The notes: generated by a model not told the origin, from the letters alone. 64,000 bases of DNA from Clostridia bacterium (GCA_045545475.1 JAZQAZ010000010.1:107590-171589); one strand, 5' to 3'; counted from the first letter of the stretch, positions 1 through 10,597 are shown. Made by a program: numbers and translations.

Positions 1-823
1 TGCTCGGCTTATAGTGAACGTCGCTACGGATTTTGGAGAACAACTTACGGTCAATATTCGCCTTTTTGTAGCACTCGGCATCGGTCATACCCTTTTCATC
101 AATCTTACGCAGAAGCATTTGAGAGAAGCTCTCGTCGATCTTTTTTAGCTTCGCATACAAGTCATCCTCGGCAAGCATAGCCTTACAATCGCACATTTCA
201 AGGAAATCTTCATCCGCTTTCTTTCTTCTTGTGCGCGGAGCCATTGACGGCAGTGCGTTCATACGGATACGCTCACGGCTGTAATCAGTATGCTCGTCCA
301 CGTAATTGTCGTCAATGTATTCGGTGATATCCGAGAACAGCTTCTCGCTGATCTTATAGGCAGCCTTATCGAAGATGACGATATAAACCGTAATTTCGTT
401 TTCAAGAAGAAAGTCGCTTATAATGTCGATAGCAATCTTCAAAGCTTGATCTTTTGGATATCCGTAAACTCCTGATGAGATAAGAGGGAAAGCAACGGTT
501 TCGCATTGATGCTCCTTCGCAAGAGTTAAAGATTCGTGGTAGCAGGATTCAAGCAACGCCTTTTCCCCGTGTGTTCCGTCGCCATAGATAGGACCGACGG
601 TATGTATTACATACTTTGCAGGCAGATTATATCCGCCCGTGATTTTCGCTTTACCCGTCTTGCATCCGCCAAGAGTTCTGCACTCTGCGAGTAATCCGTC
701 ACCTGCGGTGCGATGAATCGCACCGTCAACACCTCCGCCGCCCAAGAGCGACTCGTTGGCAGCATTGACAATGGCATCCACCTTCATTTTTGTTATATCG
801 TTTCTTACAATTACTAGTGGCAT
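1..823 (-). CDS. Macro-domain (O-acetyl-ADP-ribose deacetylase-like) protein with C-terminal HTH-like region; runs off the window edge
   Basis: Translated by hand from ATG at 823: [38 protein letters not shown]...VIHTVGP...[15 protein letters not shown]. Paralogous to 46556..47584. Absent from the ORF track because it has no stop in the window. Confidence 0.9.
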   Translation of the reverse strand, partial: MPLVIVRNDITKMKVDAIVNAANESLLGGGGVDGAIHRTAGDGLLAECRTLGGCKTGKAKITGGYNLPAKYVIHTVGPIYGDGTHGEKALLESCYHESLTLAKEHQCETVAFPLISSGVYGYPKDQALKIAIDIISDFLLENEITVYIVIFDKAAYKISEKLFSDITEYIDDNYVDEHTDYSRERIRMNALPSMAPRTRRKKADEDFLEMCDCKAMLAEDDLYAKLKKIDESFSQMLLRKIDEKGMTDAECYKKANIDRKLFSKIRSDVHYKPS

Positions 824-917
824 AGGTGCACCTCTTTAATTCAACCCATCTTTCCTTACTGCATTATAACGTATTAGTCACATTTTGATGGCACTACTTT
901 CATCAACATTAAAGTGC

Positions 918-1124
918 TCACCGTATCTTCATACGAAGCTCGTGCTCAATGTCTGATATAACTTTCTTGTTGTTTTCCTCTATTGCTTTACTTACTCCAA
1001 TAACAAGCAAGTTTACCATTTCATCAATATAATCGTTGTTGATATAGTATTTTAAATCTGGATTTTTGTTAAGCGAATGTCGAATAATCCTCTCAACTTC
1101 ATAATCTTTTAGCCCATATTGCAT
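918..1124 (-). CDS. Small hypothetical protein (68 aa)
   Basis: ORF starts 3 nt after the stop of the upstream gene, with a GAGGG Shine-Dalgarno. Confidence 0.6.
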   Translation of the reverse strand: MQYGLKDYEVERIIRHSLNKNPDLKYYINNDYIDEMVNLLVIGVSKAIEENNKKVISDIEHELRMKIR

Positions 1125-1127
1125 AAG

Positions 1128-2555
1128 TTATCCCTCATATTTGATATTTACATATTGAATCAAATCTGTCAGCAATTCGATTACTTTTTTCTGTTGTAAG
1201 TCCCATTCTTGTCTTGCAGACTTTATGTTGATGATTGTTTCATTCTCACGACATTTTTCGTAAAACTTGTCGTCTGCTTGCTTCCACTGTTCATCTGTAA
1301 CATCTACTTTTTCTTTTAAACAATCTTTATAAGTTTTAAAAACTTCTTCACCAGAATTATTTAGCGCATGATGAATTATTGAATCGCCTAAATTAATTAT
1401 ACTACATTTAGTTCCAATGACATCTTGAAGAATATTGTTAGCAAGTTCTGTCATCATTTCATTATTGTTACTTCTTGCTTTTAAATACTTGCCAATCTTT
1501 TCAAACAACTTATCAACTTCTTGGATTAAAATTTGTGGAGTTTCTAAGTAACGCGTATCTGTCTTTATCCTTCCCCAAACTGCATACTGAGGGAAATTTT
1601 GAGATACTCTGTCTAATGTTTCAAAAAATATCATACTGGGGTATGGATTTGTTGCGAGAACATCGTTTTCTATTTCGCACAATTCATCATACAAAGGTTT
1701 GTAGATTAGATTTTTTCTTTTAATATGAGTTTGTGCTTTGAGTTGTTTCTTGTTAACATAAATACTGCCTATAAGGGTAAACATACCACCAATAATGGCA
1801 CCTAATAGTGTTCCAATAACAGCGATAGTTTCTCCCTTCCAGCTACTGATTTTTTCGATGAAATTGAACTTGCAGAACAAAAATATAATTGCGGCAGTAG
1901 CGATCAAGGTAAAGCATGCGATTATCCATCTTCCATACTTTGCCCAAAACAATTGAACTTTTGGCCTTTTCAAATGACTCACACCTTTCATTATTTTTTG
2001 GATCCATTTCCGAATGTAATTTATAAATCTCTCTTTTAAGGATGGCTTTTTATAGTTTATTTTTTCTATTTCCGTCTGATAGTCTATAATTATCTTTCGT
2101 TCCGTTTTCATCATCTCATATAAATACATATACGGATGAATTAATGTGGCTGGGAAATTTTCTTCATTTAATGCTCGATTGTAATAATCTTCTCCGTATT
2201 TTTCAAGAAGATCGTGAATTTCTTTTAATTGATTTTTGTTGCCACGAATCAAATTTAAATTTGACGAAACACCTGCTCGGCAATCGTTTTGCAAAGAACA
2301 TTGAATATAGTCTAAAAACAACTCTGCAAAACGAGGATAATATTCAAAATCATTTTTTTCAGTTAGTGAAATCAGTTCTTTTCTAAGTTCAAGTTCAATT
2401 TGAAGAAAAGCTTCTACTGAACCGTTTGAAAATCCTTCTTTAACAAGTAAAGAAGTTTGATGCAGATCTCGCATATCCTTTAGAGTAAACGATTCCGGCA
2501 TTTTTACATTATCAAAACTTCTTTCTTGCAAAGGGGTAGCCACGCAATAGTACAT
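1128..2555 (-). CDS. Hypothetical membrane protein (two central TM helices); true start may be MPESF near 2501
   Basis: 475-aa ORF with hydrophobic segments WIIACFTLIATAAIIFLF and IAVIGTLLGAIIGGMFTLIGSIY. Confidence 0.7.
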   Translation of the reverse strand: MYYCVATPLQERSFDNVKMPESFTLKDMRDLHQTSLLVKEGFSNGSVEAFLQIELELRKELISLTEKNDFEYYPRFAELFLDYIQCSLQNDCRAGVSSNLNLIRGNKNQLKEIHDLLEKYGEDYYNRALNEENFPATLIHPYMYLYEMMKTERKIIIDYQTEIEKINYKKPSLKERFINYIRKWIQKIMKGVSHLKRPKVQLFWAKYGRWIIACFTLIATAAIIFLFCKFNFIEKISSWKGETIAVIGTLLGAIIGGMFTLIGSIYVNKKQLKAQTHIKRKNLIYKPLYDELCEIENDVLATNPYPSMIFFETLDRVSQNFPQYAVWGRIKTDTRYLETPQILIQEVDKLFEKIGKYLKARSNNNEMMTELANNILQDVIGTKCSIINLGDSIIHHALNNSGEEVFKTYKDCLKEKVDVTDEQWKQADDKFYEKCRENETIINIKSARQEWDLQQKKVIELLTDLIQYVNIKYEG

Positions 2556-4377
2556 CGTTATATGTTCTCAAAATACGACCGCGTCTTTGAACAAATTCTC
2601 TGTAATCATCATTGCTGGAAAGTATAAGGGCACTCTTGATTGAAGGAATGTTGATACCTTCGTCAAGACATCGAATAGCCGCCAAAGCCGATATCTCGCC
2701 TTTATTAAAAGCATCGACTAATTGCATTCTGTCATCCATATTTTCCTGAGCTGTAAATTGACTGGATTTATATCCATGTGCTGAAAGAACTCGTTTTACA
2801 GATTGGATGTGTCGTAATTCTTCACCCGTGTTGTTATCAAACAATCGACCATCACCGCAGTAGACTACAAAATGATCCTTTTCTTGAATCTGAGATACTA
2901 TATAATCTATTTTCTCTTGTTTTTCGTCCGCCATAGAAATAACACGCAGTCTATTTCTCAAAGACTTCACCAGCTGGTCTGGGTTTATACATACACTGTT
3001 TTTAAAACATGACAGTATTTTATGAGTGTGATATTGAAATTTGTTTTCATCCTCTTCGCTTGCGTGTACATATATAGGGTGATAGTAATATGGAACAAGG
3101 AATTTGCGTTCAAGAGCTTCTTCAATTGGTAAGCTAAATACTTGTCCACCGAAGAATTCCATTAACTCCTTTCCTCGTTGAGCCGATGTACCGCTGAATG
3201 GAGTGGCACTTAATCCAAGCATATATTTGAATTGTGTATGCATATCTTCAGAACGGTCAGTAAAGCGATGTGCTTCGTCTACAATTAAGAGTTTATCTTC
3301 AGTTGATTTTCCCAAAGTGTTTGTAAACCTTGGCATTTTGAAAGATGCGATTGTTGAAATAATAATTGTTTGTGCTTTTGAATCATATTTCTTTCTGATA
3401 ATTTCTTGGGACATTTGTTGTTCCCACTTTGGATTTTCAGAAGAAACCAATATAATCTTGGCATCTTCGAATGCTTTTTCGACATCTTCTGCCCATTGTT
3501 TTACTAAATGCTTATATGGTGCACATATAACAATCATAGCAGGGTGCGTTTTAAGAAGTTCTTTTGCAGAATAAATTGCGGTCCATGTTTTACCTGTACC
3601 GGTAGCCATAACATAAAAACCATGATAATCGTTTTCTACCCACGCTGCAATTGCTTGTTTCTGATAATCTCTTAATTCTATAGGAGATTTCGCAGAAACA
3701 GATGTAGCACGTGTCTCTATCATCTGTAAAATGTTAGATTGGGCACTTTCTTTGTAATCATAAACTTTTACAAATTTATTAGTGCCATTCCAAAGAGATT
3801 CAAATTCTTCTTGCTCATCGGCAATATTAGCACATTCTTCAGGAATCCAGTTTTTTACAACACGTATTTTTTCATAGTTGTTTTGATACCCACTTAAAGT
3901 AGAGTTTGCAGAACCGTAGAAAACCACAACATTCCCATCAAAATCCTCAAGAATACCAAGCTTATCATGATATATTCCGAGAGTATCAGTTACAGCAATC
4001 TTGATATCAAGAATTCCACGTGCAATTAAGGTAGCAAGTAATTGTAATTTGGCATCATCAAATACTTCTATTTCTTTCATAAAATCACGAGTAAAGGATG
4101 ACTTTATAACCTTCTCTCTTGCTTCATATCCGGTAGTGATTGCCTGAACATCTTCTTCGGTAAGATTCGGACTTGCAATTAATTGTATCTTGCCATTGTT
4201 TCTCGCCAATGCAACTATTCCATCCACAATGGGCTGTAAAACCGACGAGGAGAAAAAACCTACACTTCGTTTATAATTTTTGGTACATTTTAAAACAGGA
4301 GTCAAAAAAGCTTTGGCTATATTTTCTTGACCCACACTTACATAACTTCGTTTAATATCTAATTCCCGGTAATTCAT
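2512..4377 (-). CDS. Superfamily 2 (ResIII-like) helicase with N-terminal PLD-like domain, restriction-associated type; C-terminus looks truncated
   Basis: HDKLG..GSAN PLD-like motif, MATGTGKT Walker A, DEAH, LSATP, LDEGINIP, QRRGRILR. Confidence 0.85.
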   Translation of the reverse strand: MNYRELDIKRSYVSVGQENIAKAFLTPVLKCTKNYKRSVGFFSSSVLQPIVDGIVALARNNGKIQLIASPNLTEEDVQAITTGYEAREKVIKSSFTRDFMKEIEVFDDAKLQLLATLIARGILDIKIAVTDTLGIYHDKLGILEDFDGNVVVFYGSANSTLSGYQNNYEKIRVVKNWIPEECANIADEQEEFESLWNGTNKFVKVYDYKESAQSNILQMIETRATSVSAKSPIELRDYQKQAIAAWVENDYHGFYVMATGTGKTWTAIYSAKELLKTHPAMIVICAPYKHLVKQWAEDVEKAFEDAKIILVSSENPKWEQQMSQEIIRKKYDSKAQTIIISTIASFKMPRFTNTLGKSTEDKLLIVDEAHRFTDRSEDMHTQFKYMLGLSATPFSGTSAQRGKELMEFFGGQVFSLPIEEALERKFLVPYYYHPIYVHASEEDENKFQYHTHKILSCFKNSVCINPDQLVKSLRNRLRVISMADEKQEKIDYIVSQIQEKDHFVVYCGDGRLFDNNTGEELRHIQSVKRVLSAHGYKSSQFTAQENMDDRMQLVDAFNKGEISALAAIRCLDEGINIPSIKSALILSSNDDYREFVQRRGRILRTYNDVLLRGYPFARKKF

Positions 4378-7094
4378 ATCAAATCCTCATCTAAGTCTAA
4401 TTCAATATAATCCGATATCAAATCGTCTATATTGTCCAAATCATCTGCCTGTGTAATTGTCGCAGTCGTATCTACAGAAACACCTTGATATCTCTGTGTA
4501 TCCAACTTTCCACTTGGAGCAATTATAGGAACAGACAACTTAAACTGATTCGATGTTGTTCCAACCACTAAAGAATTGCTCCATTTGTTAACCACGCTGT
4601 AAATTAGCCATTCCGTCCATGGTACATTGATTTTGGGAAGATTATATATGCACTCAAGTGATGTTACAAGCACCGTATCAGTAACTTCGCTTTCCAAAAT
4701 AGATATTACATCATTGGCAACATCATCATTTATTCCGATATGCTCAATAGTAGCAAATGTATTTCTATTCACAAGAAGATGGGTGTCGTTGAAATTATTA
4801 AGCAATTCAAGTATAGAATAAATCTCGTAATGGTTTTCTTTTGCAAAAGAGGTGATTTCGGATATTGCTATTTCTTCGCTATTTATTATTAAATCTTGTA
4901 ACTGTTCTTCGGGATCTCCAATTTCGACACCAATATTTGCAACAAAAGGTCTCTTGAATTGATATTGTTCCCTAAACAGATACTCGAGCACCGAGAATAA
5001 ACTGGTAGGAAAATGTATAAAAAGCTTATGTAAAAGATCTGAATCGTCGTGTGCTATATAGTCATACAATTCTTTGTAATGTTTTACTTTGTCATCCGAA
5101 ACAAACTTTTTTAAAACTCTTGCAAAATACATTTTGTCTGAATCCGAAAGGTTCAACATACTACCGTGAATATATTTACCAAAGAGATTAATGATGTTTG
5201 TGTCATCTGTAGCAAAAGATATAACTATTTCCGTTACACCGGGAAAAGCTCTCTTGATATCTTCTTTCGTAATGGGATAAGAGAACTGTTTAATATATTG
5301 AATAATCTCGACATACACAGAGGTAACAGATTCGTCTTTTGATATATAATCTCGCCTGAATACGAACTCAGAACCATATAACTCACGCAATATACCCTGT
5401 AAATAGTATTTATTGTCAATGCCGAATTTGAGTAATTCATCTTCGAAAACACTAAACAAGGTATTGGTCATAAAAATTACAGAAGAACTCTCAACAATAT
5501 ATCGGTGTATTTTTTCTGCCAGTTCTTTCGAGATATATGATTCTTTCTTGGGACGATATTTACCCCTGCCGCAAAGAATACCTATATCAGAAAGACGCGC
5601 AGATATTGCTCGGCTCTTTTCGGGAAGATTCTTGCATCCATACTCTTCAACTGCAACATATCTGAATACTTGGAGCTCTTTCTCATTATAAATGTCAATT
5701 CCATTTGGATAATATTTTTCTAGTATTTCAGTATAAATAGCGGTCAGAGAAAGGTGTGAACGATGATATGTAGAGCCGTCCTTTTGGAATTCTTCACATA
5801 AAGCTTTTTCTAATAATTCTCTCGGAATATTTTGTTCTTCAACAGCTTCTGATATAATAGCTTCATATTTCTTTTCATCAAAAGAATCCGGCAAAGATTC
5901 AACAATTCTTCCTATGACAGCAGAGATGGATTCATCACCCATAACAAAAACATCGAGTTGAGAATCATAATAGTAGGAGGGACTGTCAGAAGTACGAAGC
6001 AAAAAGACCATTTCAGAATATTTATCATCAAAATATTCACTTAGTTCTGATGCAGAAAGAACAGTATCTCCGTTACGTTCCGCAGAAATCTTGGATAGAA
6101 TATGAGCCTTACCCTGCCAAAAATTAAAGATTCTTTTAGCTTTTGCCTCAATTTGACGAACTCTTTCACGCGTGACACCCATTTTGTCGCCGACGCTACC
6201 CAACGTTTCTCCGGAGGCTCGTCCTAAAATAACAGATTTAATACTTTTGGATTTACCATAAAGCGTTTGAAACAAATCCTCAATTTCTTCTTTTATGTCA
6301 AATGTGCACCATTTAAAAAAATTCAATAATAAGGCAAAATCTGTTACAGACTCTGAAACCTTTTCAGAAACAAAACTATTTATAGTAGCAGTTGGATTGT
6401 TCTCTAAGCCATAAATATCATAAAGAATTTTGCGTTGTTCATCATCGTTTGTAAAAGCGTTGATGTATCCGGAAACACTGTTTTTCCTTCGCCATACTGG
6501 TATAACCGCAAGATACTCATTAATTTTATTAATCCTGCATTCACGTTCATGTTGATCTTTTATAAGTGGCTTGAGAAGTTCCAACAACGGAAGAATATCG
6601 TTCGGAGAGTTATAGCAGGCGCGTGCCAAATCAGCACCCAATACTTCAACTGCACTTTTGTATTTTTCAACAATAATCAATTCTTCTGTTGAAATATTCA
6701 ATTCTTCGCAAAAAGAAAAATCCTGATTTAGTATGTTTTCAATATTGCTGGATATGATTTCGGGAATATAATTTGCAACTTTTTGTTTTTCATTCGTAGG
6801 GTTTAATTCGGTGGTTTTATTGGAAAGTTCTGACAAGTATTTACAAGTTTCATCATAACACTTTTTACCTGCACCACGAAGTTTGATAAACTCATCAACT
6901 TTCATTCTGTAAAGATCTGCTATGGTATTTACGCCACTATGCATCAATAGATTTGTTACACGAACGGAAATAGGAAGAGATTGTACACTCACATCCTCAA
7001 CGCTCGACAGATCAACTGGGTAAAGATCCCAGAAAGTTGTATCTGATATTAAATTGTCGGCAGTCTTTTTTGAGGTTTTGAGATTTTCTATCAT
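4374..7094 (-). CDS. Large protein with RNA polymerase alpha-CTD-like and sigma-70 region 4 HTH domains
   Basis: LPISVRVTNLL..GVNTIADL...LRGAGKK (alpha-CTD-like) and TLGSVGDKMGVTRERVRQIEAKA (sigma4); 4-nt overlap with the helicase gene. Confidence 0.8.
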   Translation of the reverse strand: MIENLKTSKKTADNLISDTTFWDLYPVDLSSVEDVSVQSLPISVRVTNLLMHSGVNTIADLYRMKVDEFIKLRGAGKKCYDETCKYLSELSNKTTELNPTNEKQKVANYIPEIISSNIENILNQDFSFCEELNISTEELIIVEKYKSAVEVLGADLARACYNSPNDILPLLELLKPLIKDQHERECRINKINEYLAVIPVWRRKNSVSGYINAFTNDDEQRKILYDIYGLENNPTATINSFVSEKVSESVTDFALLLNFFKWCTFDIKEEIEDLFQTLYGKSKSIKSVILGRASGETLGSVGDKMGVTRERVRQIEAKAKRIFNFWQGKAHILSKISAERNGDTVLSASELSEYFDDKYSEMVFLLRTSDSPSYYYDSQLDVFVMGDESISAVIGRIVESLPDSFDEKKYEAIISEAVEEQNIPRELLEKALCEEFQKDGSTYHRSHLSLTAIYTEILEKYYPNGIDIYNEKELQVFRYVAVEEYGCKNLPEKSRAISARLSDIGILCGRGKYRPKKESYISKELAEKIHRYIVESSSVIFMTNTLFSVFEDELLKFGIDNKYYLQGILRELYGSEFVFRRDYISKDESVTSVYVEIIQYIKQFSYPITKEDIKRAFPGVTEIVISFATDDTNIINLFGKYIHGSMLNLSDSDKMYFARVLKKFVSDDKVKHYKELYDYIAHDDSDLLHKLFIHFPTSLFSVLEYLFREQYQFKRPFVANIGVEIGDPEEQLQDLIINSEEIAISEITSFAKENHYEIYSILELLNNFNDTHLLVNRNTFATIEHIGINDDVANDVISILESEVTDTVLVTSLECIYNLPKINVPWTEWLIYSVVNKWSNSLVVGTTSNQFKLSVPIIAPSGKLDTQRYQGVSVDTTATITQADDLDNIDDLISDYIELDLDEDLI

Positions 7095-7129
7095 TATGAA
7101 TCTTCCTTAAAATTGAGTACTTGACTTAA

Positions 7130-7158
7130 ATTATACCACACTTATTGTCAATTATCAA
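7130..7158 (-). promoter_or_regulatory. Sigma-A promoter for the alphaCTD/sigma4-helicase operon
   Basis: Minus strand TTGATA-17 nt-TATAAT with extended TG. Confidence 0.6.
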
Positions 7159-7195
7159 GCGTGGCTGTCGATAAATGTCTACTTATGCGAGTAAG

Positions 7196-8977
7196 TTATT
7201 TACAAAGATCTATATATGCTTTACGTACAATTTGAGCCATTAATTGACGGCGCTTTTCAAGAAATTCAAGATATTCCATATTTTCAAAGTTTTCAGGCAA
7301 AGCGTTTTGTTCGCACGCTTTTTTATAACCTTCATCTCCGAGTTTTTGACGATAAACATTTACATACTCAGCAGGAGGCTTGTCAGAAATATCAATATTG
7401 GTGGCATAGTCCAAGTATGTAAAGTTAGCAAGTTGATTACGATCACGGTCATTAGTATAACCAATCTGTTCCAAATGGTGTTTCGGGAATATGTGATGCT
7501 TATCAATAGCATTTTTCGTTCCGCTTGATCCGATAATAAAATATTTAGAAACAGGGGTATTACTGAACAACATCGGGTTGTTCAAAACGATTTGTGCAGC
7601 TATATAACCGTTCCAAGCGGGAGAAATTGCGGCAGCACTGTTAAGTTCACTGGGAAGGGTGAGATTGAAGTAATCGTCAGTAAATCTTGTAGAAATAACT
7701 CTGTCTATATATGCAATAAATTCTTCAGCAGAATTAACATCTCTTAAATCAGCAAACTGATTTTCAACTTCACTTTCTGTAGAACCGGTGTAAAAATATG
7801 TAATGGTGCTCATAAAGAACCATTTGCTAATACATTTTCTTAAGTTGATTGCGTCAAGTTTGTAATCATATTTAGCTATAAGATACAGCACATAAGAGAA
7901 AACAACAGCGTTAGAAGACGCAATAAGTTTGTTGCTAATATAGCCGGCTTCTCCGACAATGTTGATAAATCCGTGCCAATTATTAAGATTCATAACTTTG
8001 TCCAAAGCATCCTTAAATTTGTCGAGGTTAGCTTGACGTTCTTCTGCAGAAAATTTTCCTGTTTTAAGATTTTTACCACGCAACAGCATATACGCATAAC
8101 GTAATCTTGCACGTCTGAAACCAACACCTACCGCCATTCGAATCAAATGGGAGGGTTCAACTGCTAACAGCGTATTATAAGAAGTATTTTCTGCCGGAAT
8201 TCTTGATTTTTCGGAAAACTCGTTTATTCTATCACTCGTTTCATTTTCGTAAACAGAAATCAATGTTTGAATAAAGTTGTTTTCTGTTAATTTCTGACCT
8301 CCGGAGTTTACTCTTACAAAAATATCAGCAACAGCTTCTTCGTCAGCATTATATTGAATTTCCAGAGTTGGAAGTGAAAAATCTGAAAGATTGAGCAATG
8401 CATTTATGTTGTTTTCTACAGTAATTTCTTCGTCTTCGGTCAGTTCTGGAAGATTCTTTTTCGCTCTACCTTCATTAGCTTCTTTAATGAATTTTCGGCG
8501 AAGCGAAATAATGTTGTTTTCTTCTTTTGCAAGAAATACCTCACTTATTCGAGAAATCCATTCTGTATCTCGCTCATATGCTGGAGTCCACACTGCAAAT
8601 TCTCGTGTTAAAGGGTTGAACGATATTTTTATTTCTTTGTCCGCAAAATTTTTATCTTTGACAACAACCCCATACATTGCAGCAACAAGAGCGGTCAACC
8701 GTTGTTGGCCATCTATAACTAATTCTTTAGGTTCGTCATGAATTTTTTCGTTTTTACCGATAACATTTTTCTTTGTTTCATAATCAGCCGGCGATTCCCA
8801 AATCATAACATATCCGATAGGGTAACCCTTCATCATAGAATCAAAAAGATCTCTTACTTTATTATCTGCCCACACAAAAGGTCTTTGTAAGTCCGGCAAA
8901 CCTATTCTGCCTATTCGTACTCCTCTGACCAAGTCATCAACTTTACTAGGTATATTTTTGAATAATTCCGCACCCAT
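7196..8977 (-). CDS. GmrSD-family (DUF262 + DUF1524) type IV restriction endonuclease
   Basis: LPDLQRPFVW, VIDGQQRLT, FVRVNSGG (DUF262); DKHHIFPK and NQLANFTYL (HNH-like DUF1524). Confidence 0.85.
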   Translation of the reverse strand: MGAELFKNIPSKVDDLVRGVRIGRIGLPDLQRPFVWADNKVRDLFDSMMKGYPIGYVMIWESPADYETKKNVIGKNEKIHDEPKELVIDGQQRLTALVAAMYGVVVKDKNFADKEIKISFNPLTREFAVWTPAYERDTEWISRISEVFLAKEENNIISLRRKFIKEANEGRAKKNLPELTEDEEITVENNINALLNLSDFSLPTLEIQYNADEEAVADIFVRVNSGGQKLTENNFIQTLISVYENETSDRINEFSEKSRIPAENTSYNTLLAVEPSHLIRMAVGVGFRRARLRYAYMLLRGKNLKTGKFSAEERQANLDKFKDALDKVMNLNNWHGFINIVGEAGYISNKLIASSNAVVFSYVLYLIAKYDYKLDAINLRKCISKWFFMSTITYFYTGSTESEVENQFADLRDVNSAEEFIAYIDRVISTRFTDDYFNLTLPSELNSAAAISPAWNGYIAAQIVLNNPMLFSNTPVSKYFIIGSSGTKNAIDKHHIFPKHHLEQIGYTNDRDRNQLANFTYLDYATNIDISDKPPAEYVNVYRQKLGDEGYKKACEQNALPENFENMEYLEFLEKRRQLMAQIVRKAYIDLCK

Positions 8978-8979
8978 TT

Positions 8980-9417
8980 TTATTCTCCTATCCTGTTATT
9001 ACTATACGCTTCCTTCAACCTATCAATCGCCAACTCTGGACTCATTGTATGGTACATAAGATAAACCACATTCATAGTTTTAGCCGGAGCTTGTTTATAA
9101 ATTTCTTTACTGCTTTCGCCGGTATAATAGTTCCAATAGCGATAAATGTATCCGATCCAATAAAGTGCTTCCTTATCGTAGATTTCACCGTTTTTTGTAA
9201 GCTTCTCACCGAACTCATCCTCCATACGTGAAAGAATATACGCTTTGCCTGCCCATTGCACGTGGTGGAATTCTTTGTCCATATCGGCAGATACCTGAGT
9301 GGTCATATACACCTTGATGAAAGCTTCACTGCTATATCCTCGCTCTGCCGCAAGTTCAAACAGTTGACCTTGTGTATCACATAAAGTGAGTTGTAACGAC
9401 TTACACATATCATTCAC
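8980..9417 (-). CDS. Conserved hypothetical protein of the type usually paired with DUF3990 genes (antitoxin-like)
   Basis: LCDTQGQLFE...LYWIGYIYRYW..YTGESSKEIY...YHTMSPELAIDRLKE pattern recognised from memory. Confidence 0.6.
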   Translation of the reverse strand: MNDMCKSLQLTLCDTQGQLFELAAERGYSSEAFIKVYMTTQVSADMDKEFHHVQWAGKAYILSRMEDEFGEKLTKNGEIYDKEALYWIGYIYRYWNYYTGESSKEIYKQAPAKTMNVVYLMYHTMSPELAIDRLKEAYSNNRIGE

Positions 9418-9586
9418 CTTTCAAAATCTCGTCAAAGAATTCACTTTCACAACGGTAGTTAATTTCAGTTTTTTCTTTTCTTCTTTCTGAACTCATATCT
9501 TTGAAATGCGAAAATCCCTGGTTGTAAAGTGGTTCTTCTCCAACGCTTTTATATGAGATCACTATAGGAATGTCCTTGATTGTCAT
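9410..9586 (-). pseudogene. 58-aa ORF, probable C-terminal remnant of a DUF3990-type gene
   Basis: MTIKDIPIV...NYRCESEFFDEILKGE*; stop overlaps the start of the 8980..9417 gene. Confidence 0.35.
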
Positions 9587-9660
9587 AATTTTTCTCTTAA
9601 TAAAAAGATACTCTAGTGCTCAGTAATTATACTACAATTGATGTCCTATAAAACGGACTG

Positions 9661-10482
9661 TTACTCTCTAAAATAGTCAGAATTGATTTTATATATATTA
9701 AATGTCTTGACACTTTCAACGCCAATTCCATATTTAACCATATAATCAGCTAATAACTCGCCATCAATAAGTTTCACGCTTTTTTGCTGTTGCTGAGTTC
9801 CAAAAGTCAAAGCTTCTTTTGTGTATGATGAGGTTGTAATAAATACGCCCTTCTGAATATGACCCATTGCACCAATGAATGCTTGCAATTCTTTTCTGCC
9901 GACTTTATTTGTGCTTGAATTACGCTTAGCTTGTATGTAAATGAGGTCTAATCCTAATTTATCTTCGCTGATAATACCATCAATTCCATTGTCATGCGAA
10001 CCGCCAGTCACAATTCCTGAATTTTTGTCATACCCGTAACCCATTTTTAACAACAATTCCACAACCAGTTATTCGAAAAAATCGGGGTGATTTGACATAA
10101 TGTTATCCAGCAACTGTTGTTTTATCTGATGTAGATGCTCATCCAGAGCATTAACAATCTTTTCTTCTGGTAAAAAGTCTGTATTATCATCGTCTATATT
10201 TGTAGATTGATTTGTGGTTTTCTTAAATTTGTCGCTGTCGCTTACAATAAACTTAAGCTTTTTCCCATCTTTTCCCGAAATCGCAAAGTGTTTAACTGGA
10301 TATGCAGTAGGAAACTCAAGACCAATACAATGACGTCTGATTTCACCGTTGACAACACCAACGGGATTTTTTGCACCAAACTTATATAGATTTTTATCAA
10401 TTATCCTCTGATAAATATCAGCAGAAGATAAACCATCGGGCTCATCTTTTAAAACTTCTTTAATTGCTTCGATTATTGTCAT
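9661..10482 (-). pseudogene. mrr: Mrr-family restriction endonuclease (N-terminal HTH + Mrr catalytic domain) interrupted by one in-frame TAA
   Basis: Reads HPDFFE-TAA-LVVELLLKMGYG in one frame (stop at 10069-10071). Downstream DNGIDG, YIQAKR, KGVFITTS, LIDG motifs are intact. Confidence 0.85.
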
Positions 10483-10597
10483 AGGGTTCTCCTTCTTTCG
10501 CAAACACCCATATATCTACAAATTTCGCGCCAATGGGTATATGACCTATGACATGAGGAATAGATATATGTGGCATAATTAAATTAATTCTTTTTTC

